Shown in pieces: positions 1-14,689 of a stretch of DNA of 64,000 nt (its first letter is position 1; each line of letters begins with the position of its first letter). Source of the DNA: Octopus sinensis (lineage: Eukaryota); contig NC_042998.1 of the NCBI RefSeq assembly GCF_006345805.1, positions 81,778,001 to 81,842,000 on the forward strand. The letters run 5' to 3'. The notes beneath the pieces were generated by a model. That model saw only the letters and a list, made by a program, of their open reading frames with translations. It did not search any database and was not told the DNA's origin. Made by a program: the position numbers and the translations under genes.

Positions 1-989
1 TCAACACAGTAGCACTTTCTTATACTGCACTATAACTGCCGCTTTAAGTATCTCTGCATACAACACAGTATGAATTTCCTGATTCTGCCTAAGCTGCTAC
101 TTTCAGCACCACCGTATGCAACACATTAACGCTTTCTTACACTCCAACTTTGTTGCTTTCATTATTGTTGTCAACAACACAAACACCTTGTTAAATTATA
201 GCATTACTAATTTCATTATTATTGTTAATAACACAGAACGCTTTCTCCAATTTCATTTAAACTGCTATTTTGCATACAGTAAGGGCTTTCTCATACTCCA
301 ACTGAAATGCTCCTTTCACTGTCAGAGTTAACTCGCACTCCGCCTAAACTTCAACCTTCATTAGCTAGGCATGCGGCTTAAGAAAATCTCTCACTCCACA
401 TTAACCGCTACTTTCATTATCGCATAAAATATATCCCCAGAAAATGTCTCACTCCACCCATACTGCTACTTTCACAATTAGTATATACAGCTCTGTGCAG
501 CTCAGCCGCTATCTTCAGTATACACCATAAGAAGACTCCTCACTCCACATTAAGCGCTGCTTCTATTAGTAGAGTATATGTATCAGATGAAAACATCTTA
601 CTCCACCTTAACTGCTACTTTCACTATCGGGGTAAACAACTCGATGCACTTCTACTGCTACTTGCAATAATAAAGTGTACAGCATGGGAAAAGTCTATCA
701 CTCTCTTTAATCCGATATATTTAGAATCTCGGTATATACAACGTATGATCAACTAATGTTACAGAGTGACAATTTCCCCCACTCCACCTTAGCTATCAGT
801 GTCAGTGTCTCTGTATACGAGAGAGTAATGTTTTCTTGCACTCCGACTTAACTGCTACTATCAACATCACTGTATACAACTCAGAACCAGTTCGCACTCC
901 AACAAAAAAGTCAATTTTCATTTGTATGGTACACAGCATAAGAGAATCTATCACACTACGTTAACTACAACTTCCAGCAGCGCAGTATA

Positions 990-1100
990 TAATCGCCGGT
1001 AAAATATTTTCATAAGTAGCAACACCAAATGGCGGTGCCCCAGCATGGCCACGGCTCATAAGCTGAAACTAGAATCAATCAATCAATCAATCAATCAATC
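990..1100 (+). mobile_element. 5'-truncated retroposon 3' end with (ATCA)n tail
   Basis: GGCGGTGCCCCAGCATGGCCAC...GCTGAAAC followed by (AATC)n at 1073-1100. The same motif ends the SINE at 2109-2497 and occurs at ~14720 and ~20150. Confidence 0.6.
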
Positions 1101-2108
1101 AGATATCAACGGAAAACATCTCACTCCATCTACTTTCACTTAGGTTTATACAACTCGCTGCATCTCAACTCCTACTTTCTGTAAAGAGGCATGCAGCACT
1201 TGAAGATCTTTCTATTCCTGTAAACCGATATATTCAGATTCATACTATAAAATATAATAGCACATAATGTCACACACAACTTATATTTGTTATTCAATAT
1301 CCCAGTTTGCAAGACAGAGACGTGTTGTTTTACATTAGATATTATCTTTTATAATTTAACACGAGAGCCCATATTAAAGATTGCTATTTGGAAACTATGT
1401 TAGAATGACTATTAGCAAGAGTGAAATTATTATTTGCTTCCACTAAACTGATACTTTCATAATCGCAGTATATCAGACAGAAACAACGAATCATTTAACT
1501 CCAACTTAACTGCTACATTTAGAATTGTTGTATGCAGCGAGGCACTAACTTTAGTTAAATTTTTCTTTTCGTATACAGCGCAGCAGAATCCCTCACTACA
1601 TCCTATGCACTAAACCTAAACACAACAAAATCTCTCACGCCAACGTTGTACATCGCAGAAATAATGTTCTTTAATGATTTATTACAAGACTATTCATGAC
1701 TAAATTCCTCATGGACGACTGTATATAAAATCCATTTAAGAACTTTCTTTAACTCCACCCTGATCGTGTCATTTAGAATCCTTGAATGCTACACAGAAGA
1801 CATCACCCTAATTGCAGCTTCACCCTAATTGCAGCTTCAGCGTTATTGTGAAAACCCAATTGCACTTTCTTATACTCTACCTCAACTTCCATTTTAGTAT
1901 TGCTTGGTATATTACAGTAACGATTTACCTTAACTACTAATTTCAGTCTCACCTAAGACAGAAGAGCAATACTTTCTTACAACTCAACTCAGCTGTCACT
2001 TTCTCTATCCTTATAATCATCAAATAACGCTTTCGCATACTCCATCTTAACTGCTACTTTCTGTAATAATATATTCAGTAATATATTATTACTGTAATAA
2101 TATATTCT

Positions 2109-2497
2109 GGCGTGGCTGTGTGGTAAGTAGCCCGCTTACCACCCTCTTGGTTCCGGGTTTAGTCCCACTGAGTAGCACCTTGGGCAAATGTCTTCTACTA
2201 TAGCCTCGAACAGGCCAATGACTTGTGAGTGGATGTGGTAGACGAAACTGAAAGAAGCCTGTCATATATATAAATATATATATATATATGTCTGTGTGTG
2301 TGCGTGTGTGTGTATATATATATGTGTGTGTGTGTGTTTGTGTGTCTGTTTTTGTCCCCCCACCATCGCTTGACGACTTTTGCTGGTGTGTGTACGGCTT
2401 CGTAAAGTAGCGGTTCTGCAAAAGGGAACCGCTAGAATAAGTACTAGTCGATTTGTTCGACTAAAGGCTGTGCCCAAGCACGACCGCACTAAATGAC
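2109..2497 (+). mobile_element. tRNA-derived SINE, family B
   Basis: A-box-like TGGCTGTGTGGTAAG, B-box-like GGTTTAGTCCC, central CACCTTGGGCAAATGTCTTCTACTATAGCC, internal (TA)/(TG) tract, 3' GGCTGTGCCCAAGCACGACCGC. Homologous copies at 32825-33000 and 60585-60960. Confidence 0.85.
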
Positions 2498-2596
2498 TCA
2501 CACTCCACTTAAATGTGACTTTCAGTATCACAGAAAATAACTTAGAATCAGCCCTTATTCTATCTGAATCTCAACAATCACTAGCACAGTATAGAC

Positions 2597-3155
2597 CAGG
2601 GTTTCTCAACGGGAGCCATATGGCCCCCTAGGAGGTAGTGAAACATTTCTTGGGGGCCACAAAGCTAAATGTAAAAAATGGGGACCCACAGGGGACTACG
2701 AGGGCCACAGAAAATTTAGGAATCATAAAATATTAAAATGTATTAAAATATTAAAATTTTATTTTTAAAATACATATTACACATTTACATATAAGAAACG
2801 CATGCGTTTATAATTATGGTGAATGATCCTTATGTACTAATTTTCTATTACACTCAGATTATGCACCTAAAGAACGCATGTTAGAATATTAGATTTTGAG
2901 TGTTGTATGTCTGGTTCGTAAGATGAACAGCTACATACCATTGAATCATAACAAATTGCTCCAAAATTTTAAAGCTGCAAAACATACATATATAATGGAC
3001 GGCGCAAAAGGCAAAGTCGCAGTTAGTAATAAAAACTCCACGTCATGGAAAATTCATCCAATGAACAACGTCCATGCTAATTGGTTAACATCTGCACAAG
3101 TCTCTTTAATATTCATTTTTCTTTTTTTGCTTTGTCAAATTATATCACTTCTTCT

Positions 3156-3195
<40 letters not shown>

Positions 3196-6017
3196 CTCTC
3201 TGCTTATCTCATCCTACTTCTGCTCTTAATTGCGTGCTTGCTTATTTTTCTGCGTTGGTAGTGTACAAGTATCTACGTCTTTTTATTTCATTTTGCCTAT
3301 GTTTTCATAAGCTACTTTAATTATCATAAATATTCCTCTAGGTCCGTAGCATAAAAGGTAAGGGTGGAAAGGTCGATCCACCAAGTTAAATCATTGATCA
3401 ATCATTCAAACTGAACCCAAGTGGTCAGGAAGACTGTTTTTCTCACATAAATGTATAGGATGTATTTCCAAAAAAGCTATAATTAATACGATCTTTGAGA
3501 AGTATTCAAGCTAAGACGGAGAATCAAGAGGGAGGTGAAAGAACGAGGTTACCCCGAAAACAAACAGACAATTCATTAGAAAACTATATGCACTTTTATA
3601 CAACTATTAAATTATTAATCAACATAATAATTCAATAATTGGTCACTGGATAATATTATATATTTAATCTAATTTGAGTAAAATTTAATATTGAACTATG
3701 TTTAATAGAATATAACAAAATATAGTATGAAATCATTTTTTCTTTAAAAATGAAGATACATTTTCAATATACTTTGCTAATTATTTTTGTCAATTCGAGT
3801 TTCATTCAACGATAAATCAGCCCTATTTTCTCCATGAGTTTGCTCGCTTGCTTTAGCTATCACTTTTATAACTTTCTTTCTTTTCATGAAATTAATTTTC
3901 TTTCTGGATTGTCAACTGAAAAGGGAATGATAAATTGATCTTTTTATAAGTATAAATATAAATCTGTTATCCCTGATTATTAAAACCTTTGATTTAGTTA
4001 TCTGCGTAATGTATTAACTTTATAAACTTGGTTTTTGATCTAATTTTATTCTTGGCTAAAAAGGTATATTGATTTACCTTACTCTGTATTCATCTCTGAC
4101 GAAAACGCTTGAAACTAACCTCTTGTTTATTCAACATTTTTGAAAATAGTTGTTTATTATTTCAGATAAATATGGCAAGTGCATTTAAAAGAAGAGCAGA
4201 TAATATTCTGTCGAATATCTTGCTAATGGATTCATTAAATATCCACAAAATTCTACCATGCCTATGTGTCTGCTATGCAAGATTCGTTCTCAAATGCAAG
4301 TATGCGTCCATGTAAACTAAAAAAAATCATCTGGAGACTGCATACAGAGATAAGAATGACAAACCACTAGATTTCTTCAAAAGGTTACGTGATGAGTTTC
4401 AACGAAGGATGACAGTCGATCAAATGTTCACTCAAAAAGTAGCAAAAGTAGACAAAGGAATGTTGGTTTCTTACAAGATAGCAAATTTAATTACAAAAGC
4501 TGATAAGCCTCACACCATTCTTTGATCATACTTGCAGTGAATCTTTGATCATACTTGCAGTGGCTGTAGTGTTTTCAACAGTCATAGATCAGAGCCCACA
4601 AGAGCTTACTCGTGTTATTCCAGTGAGCAACGCATCAGTATCACGACGGATTGATGAAATGGCAACTGATGTTGAAAGCCAATTAGTTTCAAAACTTAGG
4701 GTTAATGAGTTCTCAATTCAAATAAATGAATCAACTCTACCTGATAATTCTGCTTTTTTAATGGCATTTGTTAGGTTTCTTAATGTTAATGATATATGTC
4801 AAGAATTGCTTTTTGCTTTGAAATTAACGACCGACACAAAAGGGGAATCCATCTTCAAAAACCTTGAGGTCTACTTTGAAGAGAACAACATTTAATTGAA
4901 GAACCTAGTGGCTTGTACAACAGATGGTGTTACTTCTATGATCGGAAGATATCGGTGATTCAGTGTTTACTTAAAAGAAATGTTCCCAATGTGCTTTGTG
5001 TGCACTGTGTGCATCGACTGCATCTGGTTGCCAAACACATAGCAGGACGTTTGAATGATGCAATTAAAAAAATTTTTAAAGCTGTCAACTTGATAAAAAA
5101 AAAAGAATGCACTGCAAGATCGCCTCTTTAAGCAATTATGTAAAAATAACGAGGAATTTGAACGACTTGTGTTGTATACTGAAATCAGATGGCTATCCAG
5201 AGGTAATTGCCTGCATCAGTTTGTTGCTCTTTGGCACACTGTTATCTCTTTTTTGAGTGAAACAGAACTTGGATAGAAATTTGTTGATGCAAAGAGGGGT
5301 ATGACATACTTGAAAAGCTAACTATCCTTAAAAATTAACTTCAGGGAAATAACTTCACTCTGTTTTCTTGCAAAGAGAAAATTAAAATCTTCAACAGGAA
5401 ACTATAGTTATTCTGAAATAACCTTGGGTGACAAGAATTTGCATAGTTTCGTTCCTTAGCAAGCATATTCACCGAGCTTTTTTGATGATGACTTAAAGTT
5501 TATGTAAGAATGCTTGATTGAACTTCAAAATAACACAGCAAGTTTCAAGTATGGAGGATACCAGAAGATGTGAATGAACGAAGAGATCTCTAACAGGTAA
5601 TCATTACCCTGGAAACGTTAGGTTGCTTTTACTCGTTTTTCCCACATCTTATCTAGTTGAGTCAGGTTTCAGTCGGGTGATGCGTCTGCCGGCAAAGACT
5701 CGAAATCGCATTGACGTAGAAAGAAGAGGGGATTTAGACCTCTCACTGACGACTTTGAAACCAAACATTGACAAGTTGGTAACCTGCATCAGTCAAGGGA
5801 ACCCATTTAAATCAGGCAATATAAACTGAAACTGTTATATCTTTTGCTTTGTAAATGTTTGATGCAAAACTACAACTTTTAATGTTTCTTTCTATTTTTC
5901 TAGATGCATTAAGCTGAGGGACAGGGTGGGGATAAAAACTTAAATTAGCATGGGGGCCATAACGATTTCGAATTGAATTAAAGGGAGCCACGGCCAGAAT
6001 AAGGTTGAAAAGCACTG
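2597..6017 (+). mobile_element. Complete but decayed hAT DNA transposon (Charlie/Buster-type)
   Basis: Left TIR CAGGGTTTCTCAAC at 2597; right TIR GTTGAAAAGCACTG ending at 6017. Perfect 8-bp TSD GTATAGAC at 2589-2596 and 6018-6025. Subterminal GGG(G/A)GCCA(C/T) repeats at both ends and an internal transposase relic. Confidence 0.95.
4172..5829 (+). pseudogene. hAT (Buster/Charlie, ZBED8/SCAND3-like) transposase with frameshifts and stops
   Basis: N-terminal BED-finger-like relic (...SNASMRPCKLK.HLET). Motifs SNASVSRRIDEMATDVESQL, FSIQINEST, DTKGESIF, CTTDG..SM.G, CVHCVHRLHL, TEIRWLSRG and C-terminal FPTSYLVESGFS are spread over several frames. Confidence 0.93.
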
Positions 6018-6271
6018 GTATAGACTATAAGTAAACCCCTCACTCTAGTCTAACCGCCATTTTCATTAGCGCAGTATATAACATCAGAAAATGTTTCACT
6101 CCACCGATTCTGCTACTTCCACTATCAACTGTTACTTTCAATAATACAGTATACAGCATAGGAAAACCTTTCACGTTCCCTAATCAAATATTTCCGGTAT
6201 CATGTTATAAATTACTAGGACGCTCCATTGCAGATACAACATTTATCTTCTATTCAATATAACAGTTTATG

Positions 6272-6456
6272 ACGCCGGGGAAAATGCTTAGCGACAGTTC
6301 GTCCGTCTTTACATTCGGAGTTCAAATTCCACCAAGGCCGACTTTGGCTTTCATCCTTTCGGAGCAAATATGATAAGTACTAGTTGAACACTGGGGTTGG
6401 CATAAATGACTTATCCCCGCTCCCGAAATTGCTGGGCTTGTGCCAAAATTTGAAAT
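6272..6456 (+). mobile_element. tRNA-derived SINE, family A (5' truncated)
   Basis: B-box GGAGTTCAAATTCC, then GACTTTGGCTTTCATCCTTTCGG...CACTGGGGT...CTTGTGCCAAAATTTGAAA; matches other family-A copies. Confidence 0.85.
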
Positions 6457-9245
6457 GGGTATTATAGGTTACAAGAAAAGATACATCTTATCCTCATTAA
6501 ACGCTATCCCTATAATTAAACACAAGAATACACATTATATTATTCCAAATATTCTACTACATTTGGAATCACTATTTACAAGATACAAAGTGAACACTGA
6601 CTCATTTGTTACGATCGTAATCACAAACTATCTTATACAAACAAAATATATTATTTAACACCAATTTAACTGCTACATTTAGACCCACAGGATATACAGC
6701 ACAGAACCACATATATTAACTTCACCTCAGTTACTACATTCGGTGGACAACATAGCAAATCCCCTCTCTCTAATCTAAACACTAACTTCTTGCGTATAAT
6801 ATTGAGCAACTGGAAATCTCTTACGTCATCATAACCGCTACTTTCAGTGCCGCGCTATACATCACAAAAACATTTCCTTTTTTTTATCCTCTTCTGAAAT
6901 ATAATTATCGCTATCTCAGTGAACAGCACAAGAAGATTTCTGACTTGAACGTAAGGAATGCACCAGAACACATATGACTTCATGTTACATGGACTAATGC
7001 ATTTAGAAGCAACATAGTCATTTTCACTGAAACGAACTTTGTCACATTTACTATCATCGTACACAACACGGTAACTCACTCTAATAGTCTACCTTAACTG
7101 CAACATTTATTTTGACTCTTTGCGACACATTTACACATTTTCTTTCTCCGCCATAACTGCCACTTTTAGTATCGTCGCATTCAACACAGTAACAATCAAA
7201 TTAACAGTTTCTTTCAGTACCATTGTATAAAATTCAGAATGAAATCCTATTTTACTTAAACCTCAATAATCATTAGCTCAGTATACAGCATAGCTAAATC
7301 TCTCACGACACATTAACCGCTAATTTCTCGGGCGCATCTTATATCCCCAGAAAATTATATAATTTATAGAACACTGTAAAGCAGAATTCATTTATGTAAT
7401 AGAATAATGCGTTCTTACACTCCAAACAACTGCTACTTTAAATATCCTGAGCATACGTTAGCAACTGCCTTTACACCACCTTAAACTCAACAATATTTAG
7501 CTAGGTAACACCTCTCACTCCACGATAGCCGCTACTTTCATTAGCGCAATAGATATCACTGTAACACCTCTCACTCCACCCGAACTGCCACTTCCACTAT
7601 ACATGTATACAACGCACTACACTTCCATCGCTACTTTCAGTAACACCATATATAATACAGGAAACTCTTTCACACTCCAATTTCACTGCTACCTATAAAA
7701 TCAAAGGAAACAAAACAGATCCAAATACTTTGACTCCACCTCAATTGTTACTTTTGGTGTAAAGTGTAGCACAGCTTCTCTCTACACTCCAATCATTAAT
7801 GTTGATAGCATAATATAAAGCTAAAGAAAGACCTCATGTCACGAAACGCGACGCTTTACCGATAGTTTCAGAATCGTGTTACACATCACATGATTATGAA
7901 AAATATCAAAATCAGAATTTCAGTGTGCACTACAGGAACAGTTCTCGCGTCAGTTTAATATTTGACAAACACTGGTGGTATATATAATACAGTACCAGAA
8001 AATATGTGGCTTCATTCAAACTGGACTACATTTAGAATTGACATAAGCATTTTCACAAAACCAGCTCCAACGTTACATTTAGAATCACTGTATAGAAAAC
8101 AGTAGCATCTTCTTACACTCCACCTTAACTGCTACTTTTATTATCACCGTATACGCAACAGTAACGCTTTCTTATACAGGAACGTAACAGCTATCTTCTG
8201 TCTCAGCACAGTAGCACTTACTTATACTCCACCTTATCCGCCACTTTCCGTATAGCTACATGCAGCACTGTAAGGATTATCAGCACTCCGCCTTACTTTC
8301 TCCTTTCAATATCGAATGCAGCACAGGAATGCTTTCTTACACTCCAACTTAACTGCTACCAACGCTATCATTGCAAACGGCGGATAACGATTTCTCACAC
8401 TCCAGCCGAACTGCTACTTTCAATATCGCTGTATAGAACTCACAAGCAACTCTCACTCCACCTAAACATTAGCATTCATTAGCATAGTATACAGCATAAG
8501 TAAACATTAACCGCTACTCTCATGAGCACAGTATATATCACCGTAAACGCCTTCCTTCCTCCTAACTGCTACTTTCAGTATAAATGTAAATGTCTCACTA
8601 CACCTCAGCTGCTACTTTCAGTAACAGTCTACAACACACGAAATTCTTCCTCTCTGTTTTCCAATATTTTCCGAAACACGTTAAAAAATACAAGAGCACA
8701 TTATTTCAATACATATTCTCTTTACTGTTCAATATCACAGTTTGCAAAACAGAGACTTCATATGTTTCCTATTAAATACTATTCATATAATACTCCTCAA
8801 AAACAGGAATATTATTCCAGTTCTGCTTTATGAATTATTATTTACAAAACAGAAACCATGTTCTCTGTGTACTCCTACTGAACTGCCTCTTCTATAATCA
8901 GTGAGTGTCAAACTACATATTAATTCACTCCAGCGTAACTGCTGTCTTTAGAATTATAGGAGACAATATAGGGTCCCACATAATCTCGACACCCACCTCA
9001 GTTACTGCTGTCGTTGGTCGGCATAGCAAATTCTCTTTCTTCAATCTAAATACTAATTTCTGGTACATAATATGCAGAATTGAAAATTTCTTACGCCATA
9101 ATAACCGCTACTTTCAGTATCATGTTGTACACCAATGAAACTCTTTATTTCGCCCACACCTCAGATATTGCAGTCACTAACTCAGTGTACACTACAGGAC
9201 AATATCTTCCTCCAACTTAAAAAAGAAGAAACTGTATTCTATATT

Positions 9246-9459
9246 CTTTTCTACTCTAGGCACAAGGCCCGAAATTTTGGGGGAGGGGGCCAGTTGATTA
9301 GATCGACCTCCGTACAAAACTGGTAATTAATTTATCTTCCCCGAAAGGATCAAAGGCAAGTCGAGCTCGGCGGAATTTGAACTTAGAACGTAAAGACAGA
9401 CGAAATACCGTTAAGTTTTTCGCTCGGCGTGCTAGCATTTCTGCCAGCTCGCCGCCTTA
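9246..9459 (-). mobile_element. tRNA-derived SINE, family A, near full length
   Basis: Reverse complement of TAAGGCGGCGAGCTGGCAGAAATGCTAGC...GTTCAAATTCCGCCGAG...CCTTGTGCCTAGAGTAGAAAAG. Probable TSD TATTCTATATT at 9235-9245 and 9464-9474. Confidence 0.9.
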
Positions 9460-10060
9460 AATATATTCTATATTAAAAGACACACGTCTTCATTCTGCTC
9501 AGACTAAGGTATTTAGGTTATCATCGTAACCATTTTCATTAAAACGAATTCTCCGTTACATTTAGAATCACTGTAAACAAAACTATCAATTTCTTATACC
9601 CCCAACTTCATTACCATGTTCATTATCATTGGATATAAGAGATGTATTGCTTTATTACACTCCAACATGACTGCTATCTTCCGTATCAATACAGTAGCAT
9701 TTTCTTTATACTCCATCTTAACTGCCACTTCCGTTACCATTGCAAGCGTCACAATAAAAATGTTACTTTCGATATCATTATATAGAATTCAGAACCTGCT
9801 ACTTTCACTGTCAGTGTATACAACTCACTGCAGCTCAACTGCTACTTTCAACAACACGATATACCGTTCAGGAAAGTCTTTCACGCTCACTAATAAAATA
9901 TTTTCAGCATCACGTTATATTCAACAAGCGCGCATTATTTCCGATACGATATTTATTTTCTATTCAATAACATAATTTAAAATCCAGAGACATGTTTTAT
10001 TTTATACGAATCTCTATCCTTATAATACGCTACAACAAACAATTTTTCTTTAAATTTGAG

Positions 10061-10288
10061 CACAACAATCCCTCGCCATAACACGGTTCACCTATCGCGG
10101 TTTATTATTTAAGCTTACGTCGATTCCTCCGTGGTGTTGTTTTGCATTTACAATAAAATTAATTTATACAAATTATAAAAATACTTTAAAAAATATATGT
10201 AGTACAGTACTGTTTCTACTTCGTGTATTTTTACCTATTGTTGGGGGTTCTGGAACGTAACATCGGCGATGGTCGGGGGATTACTATA
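10061..10288. mobile_element. MITE, pogo/Tigger-like
   Basis: Imperfect terminal inverted repeats (CAACAATCCCTCGCCAT... / ...GATGGTCGGGGGATTACTATA); ~230 bp, non-coding, interrupts the satellite. Confidence 0.6.
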
Positions 10289-12836
10289 TTTTATTTAGAA
10301 TCACTGTACAAAACGGAAATTGTACACTGCGACGAAACTGTTACAATCATAACCACCTTATACCACAGTATTTTACTATAATTTAGATTCACAGGATACA
10401 ACATAGGGGCAGTGATATTGCCTCTATTACAATAGCTACAGTCAGCGTACAACATAGAAACTCTTCTCACTCCACTCTAAACGCTAATTTGGGTATCATA
10501 ATACGGAGTTAAGGAAAAGTTCACATGCAATGAAATGCGTTACCACACATGCTACTTTCAGAGTTACGTTATAAATCACAGAAACACCAATTGCGTCTTC
10601 ACTAGTAATATCTTAATTACTACCTTTGTGAAACATTTCTAGCTTGACCTTAATGACTGGTACGTGTCTTCATTCTCCTTGAACTACTACATTTAGGATC
10701 TACGTAAGCATGTTAACTAGATCGAGCTCCATCGTTACATTAAGTATTACTATAAACAAAACAGTAACACTTCTTTATACTCCATCCTAACCATTACTTT
10801 TAGTTTTAACAAATACACAACATAATGCCCTCTTACATTCCACATTAACTGCTACCTTCTGTTTCAAATCAGGAATACTCTCTTACACTCCAACTTAAAT
10901 ACCGCTTTGAAGTTCTACTAAATGCAACATGGTGACTATTTCTGCACTCCACCCGTGCTATGGGTTTCAGTATCATCGTATACAACACCGTAATGTTTTC
11001 TCATTCTCCAACTTATCTGCTACCTTCACTACCAATATAAAGAACACAGAACTCGTTCCTACACTCCACCATAACCACTACTTTGGTTATCACTATATTC
11101 AGTTCAGCAATACCTTCTCACACTCCATCTTAACTGCTACTTTCACTATCAGAATATACAATTCACTACATTTCTACTGCTACTTTCAGATTTCAACCTA
11201 TACAGCACAGTAAAACATTTCACCCAACATAATCCGTTATTATTAGAATCACGTGAACCAAAATAGACTTTTGTCATAAATCATATTTTTATATTCAATA
11301 TAACAGTTTATAGCAAAAAGAAGCGAGGGTAATTACTTATTAACATTCGCTAATTATAATACAGCAAAATAGCAAGCATTTTATCTTCCCACTCAAAATA
11401 CATTTAAAATTGCTATTTATGACAAAAATCATTTACTTCATCTAAATTGCCACTGTTCTATCACCCGGTAACCACATAAAAACAACAAACTATTTCAGTC
11501 GACTTTCACCTCTACTCACAATGTACATCAACAAATCACATACTCAGATTACACCGCAGTAACTACTTTTGGGAGAATAATATACAACACATTAAAAGGT
11601 CTTATGTCACTATAACCACTTCTTTCCATCACGCGATCAATTTATTTAATTTTCACCTGAAATATTATAATCTATACCTCATTGTACAACGCAGAAATTT
11701 CTCGTTTCATTTTAAGCACCGCTTTTATGATAAAGTTGAAGAATAGACATGCCTAGATTCTAGTTTAACGAGTGCTTTTAGAAACAACAGAAAAACATCC
11801 TATCACTCCAGCTTAATAATTACATTTAGGCTCTCAAAAAGACCTTCTCTTACTCCAGCTTGGTTACTACTCTTAAAATAATGCTGTGCAATAGTAGAAC
11901 TCCATCTCAACGACATTTTAACTGAATCCTCGTGTATATTACGGAACAAACCCTCATACATTACCGAGAACGTAGTCCTACTCATTTTCTTTTCTCATCT
12001 AATGCAACTATACTGCTCAAAACATATTCTTTTATTCTATCTTTACCATTGCATATATGATTCCTATATACAACGAAAAAGACGTCTCTCTTTCTCTCCT
12101 TTAAATTCTTGTATTTAGCATAATATTATACAACACAAGAACGGCCTTTTCATGGATGCTTACCTTCTTCATTTCGCATTATTTTATACAGCAAGTTAAT
12201 CCCATTCACTCCACAGAAAGCAACTTCCACAAACTCTATGAACAGCATATCAATACAATCAACCAATCAATCGTTATTTCTAATTTCACGATCCCTATAT
12301 ACGTTATAGAAACACTATCATTTACCCTCCATCAACTATGACTGCCAAAATTTGAATATCCCACAGATAACCACCTGTCACTCTGTGTTACTTGCTACAT
12401 ATAGTATCACAGTATACATGTCAAGATCTCATTCTGCATCTCCACCTCAACTGTTACTTCCAATGCTACATTTGAAACACATCACTTCAGTTTAACTGCT
12501 AATTTCATTATCACCTTGTACATCTCAATAAAACTTTTCTATCTGCTTTAGCCGTTACTTCCACATTTCCGTTATACTTCACACAAACATGTTTTCGTGC
12601 CCACTTAAAGTTTATAAGCTGTTTCTCAGTGTACAACGCTGTGAGACTTCTTATTTCATATCAAACGCTGCTTTCATTAGTACAACACAACAACTAGACA
12701 GCTACATTAGGATCATAATATACAAGACAGGAACTCGCTCTCCAAATAACTGTTACGTTTTGTAGGATGCAGTAACAGTTATACTTAAAATTCTGCGGTA
12801 ACAGTTACATTTCAAATTCTTTACCGCCTTTCAACT

Positions 12837-13080
12837 ACTATTTTCAGAGTCGCTTTCTACATAAGTATTGTTTCAAACCATTGTATACAACACAATGTAG
12901 TCAATGGTTACTGTTCCACAACCGCTACTTTTCTTCATTCATTCTAGACTAAATTTTACTATTTTCAGAGTCGCTTTCTACATAAGTATTGTTTCAAACC
13001 ATTGTATACAACACAATGTAGTCAATGGTTACTGTTCCACAACCGCTACTTTTCTTCATTCATTCTCGACTAAATTTTAC
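12837..13080. repeat. Near-perfect 121-bp tandem duplication
   Basis: ACTATTTTCAGAGTCGCTTTC... at 12837 and 12958; ORF-track twins at 12904 and 13025. Confidence 0.95.
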
Positions 13081-14074
13081 GTTCATGATCATGGTATACA
13101 GCATAGGAATAACACTCATTTCAACTGTACTGCGACTTCCACTGCAACATACCGTAACATTATACCGTTCACTCCATCTACATCTTAACTTGTACAGTAT
13201 GCTCCATAGAAACACTCTTCACTCCACCTTAAATGCTACTTTCATATGAATGGTACACTTGATAGGAGACCCCCTCAACCATTCTTCTCAGTGCAACATA
13301 TACATCCCATATACACGTTATTTCCTCGCCGCATTTGCTGTTACACTCAGTATCCCTGGATTCAAAACAATGACACTTATTTCATCGTAAGCATTTAGTA
13401 TAAGGTAGCATAATAAAACCTGCTACTGTACTTGCTATTGTTGTATATATATAAAACGGAAATTCTTTCTTTTTCACTTTTTCAACCGTTAAGACACCAT
13501 CGCCGTTACAACACAAAGATAGTTTGTTTCCCTTCAGCTCAACATTAACTGCATTTCAATCGATATTTTCAGATTCATGTTGTATACTACTGGTAGGCCT
13601 AATAATCTCCTTTAAGCATCTCATTTCAAGATCACGACATGTTGCAGAAAAAGAAAAGTTCATTTACTCCATCGTAACTACTACTTGCATAATTACTGTA
13701 TACAAAGAAAGTGTGACATCGCTCACATTATTTTTAAAAATGGTTATAGTGAAACAGAGTACGTCACAAGAAACTCTCCTTCAGCACAACAGTTACATCC
13801 AGTATGACAGCATGCAACGCATGAATACCATTCGTTCATATTAACTTCATCGCTACTTTGTATATCACAGTAAAACTTTACCCCACTCCACCTTATACAG
13901 TTTTTTCGGATGACAAGTTACAACAGAAGTAGAGGCTTTTTACGTTACATTTCTATGTATATTGCAGAATCACCTTCATTGATATTTTCGGTGTGACTCT
14001 ATACAAAAGAGAAACAATTTCACTCACTTCCGTATAAATTACTAATTACTATTTCACAGATAAACAGATGCACA

Positions 14075-14194
14075 ATGACCTCTTAATTATAAAAAAAAAT
14101 GAAACCATTATTCTATGTTAATTTAGTTAATTGTAACATAGAAATTTAGAGTGCCTACATGATAACTGTAAACCTACTTTGGGGCCACCCTGTA
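14075..14194. mobile_element. Tc1/mariner-type terminal fragment
   Basis: Ends in GGGGCCACCCTGTA (reverse complement TACAGGGTGGCCCC, a typical mariner/Tc1 TIR start) next to a TA tract; partner TIR not seen. Confidence 0.45.
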
Positions 14195-14452
14195 CATATA
14201 TATATACATACACAAACAAACATGCACACGCACACAGACACAGACACACATACACACATATACAAATCGCTCCAAAACACTAAGACGTTTGAACCTTTTG
14301 AAGTATTCTGAACTCTTTTTGTACTTTCTACGTTTTCTTATTGTCGTTTTTCCTTAGTCTGTTTTTTCTTACTCTGTTTCCGCCTCAATTTCCACCCCAC
14401 TCTCCACTCTGCTTCAAACATCCTACCCATACTCCGTACTACTTCTGTGTTT

Positions 14453-14488
14453 CTTTCTGTTGAAGAGCGTAGGGTCGAAATGTAAAAG
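14453..14488 (+). ncRNA. Minimal hammerhead-like motif, CUGUUGAA variant (decayed copy)
   Basis: cttt-CTGTTGAA-gagc gtag ggtc-GAAATGTA-aaag, within a dispersed repeat (~14280-14590) ending in microsatellite; siblings at 44191 and 46416. Confidence 0.5.
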
Positions 14489-14628
14489 ACTTTCTCCCTT
14501 CCTGAGCGTTAATCTAGTATATCTGTTTCTTGCTTACACACCCGTCTTCGTCTTTTGTTTTGCTTGTTTGTTTTTGTAAATTCCAACTATCTATCTATCT
14601 AGCTATCTATATCTATACACACACATAC

Positions 14629-14689
<61 letters not shown>

